From NCBI GenBank assembly GCA_024236055.1, contig JACKLF010000004.1, positions 3,576 to 67,575 of the forward strand: DNA of 64,000 nucleotides, written 5' to 3'. Below the pieces are notes generated by a model. The model was not told the DNA's origin and did no database searches. It worked only from the letters and a program-made list of their open reading frames with translations. A program made the translations under genes and the position numbers. The DNA is from Alphaproteobacteria bacterium. GTDB taxonomy: Bacteria > Pseudomonadota > Alphaproteobacteria > Micropepsales > Micropepsaceae. Below are positions 62,058 to 64,000 of the stretch, piece by piece; position 1 is the stretch's first letter; each line of letters opens with the position of its first letter.

Positions 62058-64000
62058 CTATTGCGGCACCAGGCCCCGGTCCTTCAGCATCGGCCCGATG
62101 TCCGGGTCCTTGCCATAGAAGGCGCGGAACATGGGGCCGTAATCCTCGGTATGGCCCTTGGACAGGATCAGGTCGCGGAAGCGCTGGCCGTTCTCGCGCG
62201 TCATGCCGCCATGCTGTTCGAACCAGTCATAGGCATCGTCGTCCAGCATCACCGTCCACTGATAGGCGTAATAGCCGCTGGCATAGCCATTGGCCCAGAT
62301 GTGCAGGAAATAGCTGGAGCGGTAACGCGGCGGCACATCGGTGAAGTCGGTGCCGGTGGTCTTCAGGGCCTGGGCCTCGAAGGCGTCGACATCCGGCTTG
62401 GGCGCGCCGGGCTTGAGCATGTGCCATTCCATGTCCAGCTCGGACGCGGCCAGCAGCTCACCCAGCGCATAGCCCTGGCCCCAGGTCTGCGACTTGCGCA
62501 GCTTGTCGACCAGCGCCTGGGGGATCGGCGCGCCGGTCTCGTTGTTGACCGCATAATGCTTGAGCACGTCGGGATAAAGCGCCCAATGCTCGTTGAACTG
62601 CGAGGGGAACTCGACAAAGTCGCGCGCCACGTTGGTTCCCGAATCCATGGGATAGACCTGGTTCGCGAACAGGCCATGCAGCGCGTGGCCGAATTCGTGG
62701 AACATGGTGGTGACATCGTCGAAGGTCAGCAGTGCGGGCTGGCCCGGCGCCGGCTTGGTGAAGTTGGCGACATTGTAGATCACCGGCTTGGTGCCCAGCA
62801 GCTTGGACTGGCCGACGAAATTGCTCATCCAGGCGCCGCCCGATTTGTTGTCGCGCTTGAAATAGTCGAAATACATCAGGCCCAGCGAGCTGCCATCCTT
62901 GTCGAACACCTCGAACACCATCACGTCGGGCTGGTAGACCGGAATGTCGTGCCGCTGCTTGAAGGTGATGCCGTATAGCTGGGTGGCGGCATAGAATACG
63001 CCGTCGCGCAGCACCCGGTTCAGCTCGAAATAGGGCTTGAGCTGGGCTTCATCGACGTCATAACGCTCCTTGCGGACCTTTTCGGCATAACGCTGCCAGT
63101 CCCAGGGTTCGAGCTGGAAATCCTTGCCGTCCTTCTTGATCGCCTCCTGGATCAGCCGCGCTTCCTCGGCCGCCTTGGCGCGGGTGGGCGCGACCAGCGC
63201 GCCAATGAATTTCTGCACCGCCTCGGGCGTGCCGGCCATCTGGTTGTACAGCACATAGGCGGCATAGTTGGGATAGCCCAGCAGCTTGGCCTTTTCGGCG
63301 CGGATCACCGCCAGGGTCTGGATGATCGAACGGGTGTCGTTCTTGTCGCCCTTTTCGGTCCGCACCCAGCTGCTGTTGAACAGCTTCTCGCGCGTGTCGC
63401 GGTCGGCCAGGTCGGTCAGCAGCGGCTGCTGGGTGGTGTTCTGCAACGGAATGACATACTTGCCCGGCATGCCGCGATCCTTGGCGGCCTGCGCGGCATT
63501 GGCGATTTCGGTGTCGCTCAGCCCGGCCAGCGCCGCCTTGTCGTCCACCACCAGCGCCCCGGCCTTGGTGCCGGCCACCAGCCGCTGCTGGAACTCCGCC
63601 TCCAGCGAGGCGTCCTGCTTGTTGATTTCCTTCAGCCGTTCCTGATCGGCCGCCGACAGGTTGGCGCCCGAATGCACGAACTGGTCGTAATAGAGCTTCA
63701 GCACCTGCAACGCCTCGGGATCGAGCCCCAGGCTGTCGCGCTTCTCGTAAAGTGTCTTGACCCGCTGGAACAGCTTGGCGTTCAGGAAGATCGCGTCCTG
63801 GTGGGCGGCGATCCTGGGCGCTTCCTCGGTCTGCACCTTGTCCAGGGTGGGATTGGTGTTGGCCTGCACCAGCGCAAAGAATACCGACAGCGCCCGGTCC
63901 AGCATGCGCCCGGACTTTTCCATCGCCGCGATGGTGTTGTCGAAGCTGGGCGCCGCGGACTGGTTGGCGATCGTGTCGATCTCGGCGATCTGGCGGCGCA
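62058..64000 (-). CDS. dcp: M3 family metallopeptidase (dipeptidyl carboxypeptidase-like), 5'-truncated by the window
   Basis: FHEFGHALH, RDFVEFPSQ, PPRYRSSYF.HI, GYASGYY; the frame stays open to the window edge (..APSFDNTIAAMEKSG). Confidence 0.9.
   Translation of the reverse strand, partial: RRQIAEIDTIANQSAAPSFDNTIAAMEKSGRMLDRALSVFFALVQANTNPTLDKVQTEEAPRIAAHQDAIFLNAKLFQRVKTLYEKRDSLGLDPEALQVLKLYYDQFVHSGANLSAADQERLKEINKQDASLEAEFQQRLVAGTKAGALVVDDKAALAGLSDTEIANAAQAAKDRGMPGKYVIPLQNTTQQPLLTDLADRDTREKLFNSSWVRTEKGDKNDTRSIIQTLAVIRAEKAKLLGYPNYAAYVLYNQMAGTPEAVQKFIGALVAPTRAKAAEEARLIQEAIKKDGKDFQLEPWDWQRYAEKVRKERYDVDEAQLKPYFELNRVLRDGVFYAATQLYGITFKQRHDIPVYQPDVMVFEVFDKDGSSLGLMYFDYFKRDNKSGGAWMSNFVGQSKLLGTKPVIYNVANFTKPAPGQPALLTFDDVTTMFHEFGHALHGLFANQVYPMDSGTNVARDFVEFPSQFNEHWALYPDVLKHYAVNNETGAPIPQALVDKLRKSQTWGQGYALGELLAASELDMEWHMLKPGAPKPDVDAFEAQALKTTGTDFTDVPPRYRSSYFLHIWANGYASGYYAYQWTVMLDDDAYDWFEQHGGMTRENGQRFRDLILSKGHTEDYGPMFRAFYGKDPDIGPMLKDRGLVPQ

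Overview
A GC-rich alphaproteobacterial chromosomal segment (alpha-type LexA box, gltBD, imuA-imuB-dnaE2, leuBD, malate synthase G). In order it holds: a partial secreted gene, an RND/MFP efflux pair, an FKBP, a TonB-dependent receptor, an SDR and mlaA; an mdtABC-like operon whose two permeases are heavily frameshifted (probably an assembly artefact); a 9-gene Wzx/Wzy exopolysaccharide cluster preceded by dedA; gltDB; the SOS mutagenesis cassette; a second polysaccharide group (short Wza, GT-C-like protein, GH18-CE4-GT2 fusion); lactate/glycolate permease and glcB; leuB/leuD; a sugar-acid locus (ACS MFS, secreted amidohydrolase, Tat beta-propeller, Tat enolase-family dehydratase, dgoK/dgoA); and a partial M3 peptidase. 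The most notable non-standard signals are a duplicated, synonymously diverged leuB 3' end around a 90-bp palindromic spacer (integration scar), an orphan terminator with a candidate ~200-nt sRNA, a structured repeat with compensatory changes that overlaps two stop codons, a Cys-rich domain fused to MdtA, and possible periplasmic sugar-acid processing. I saw no rRNA, tRNA, CRISPR array, integrase or transposase. All calls come from reading motifs by eye; no database search was run.
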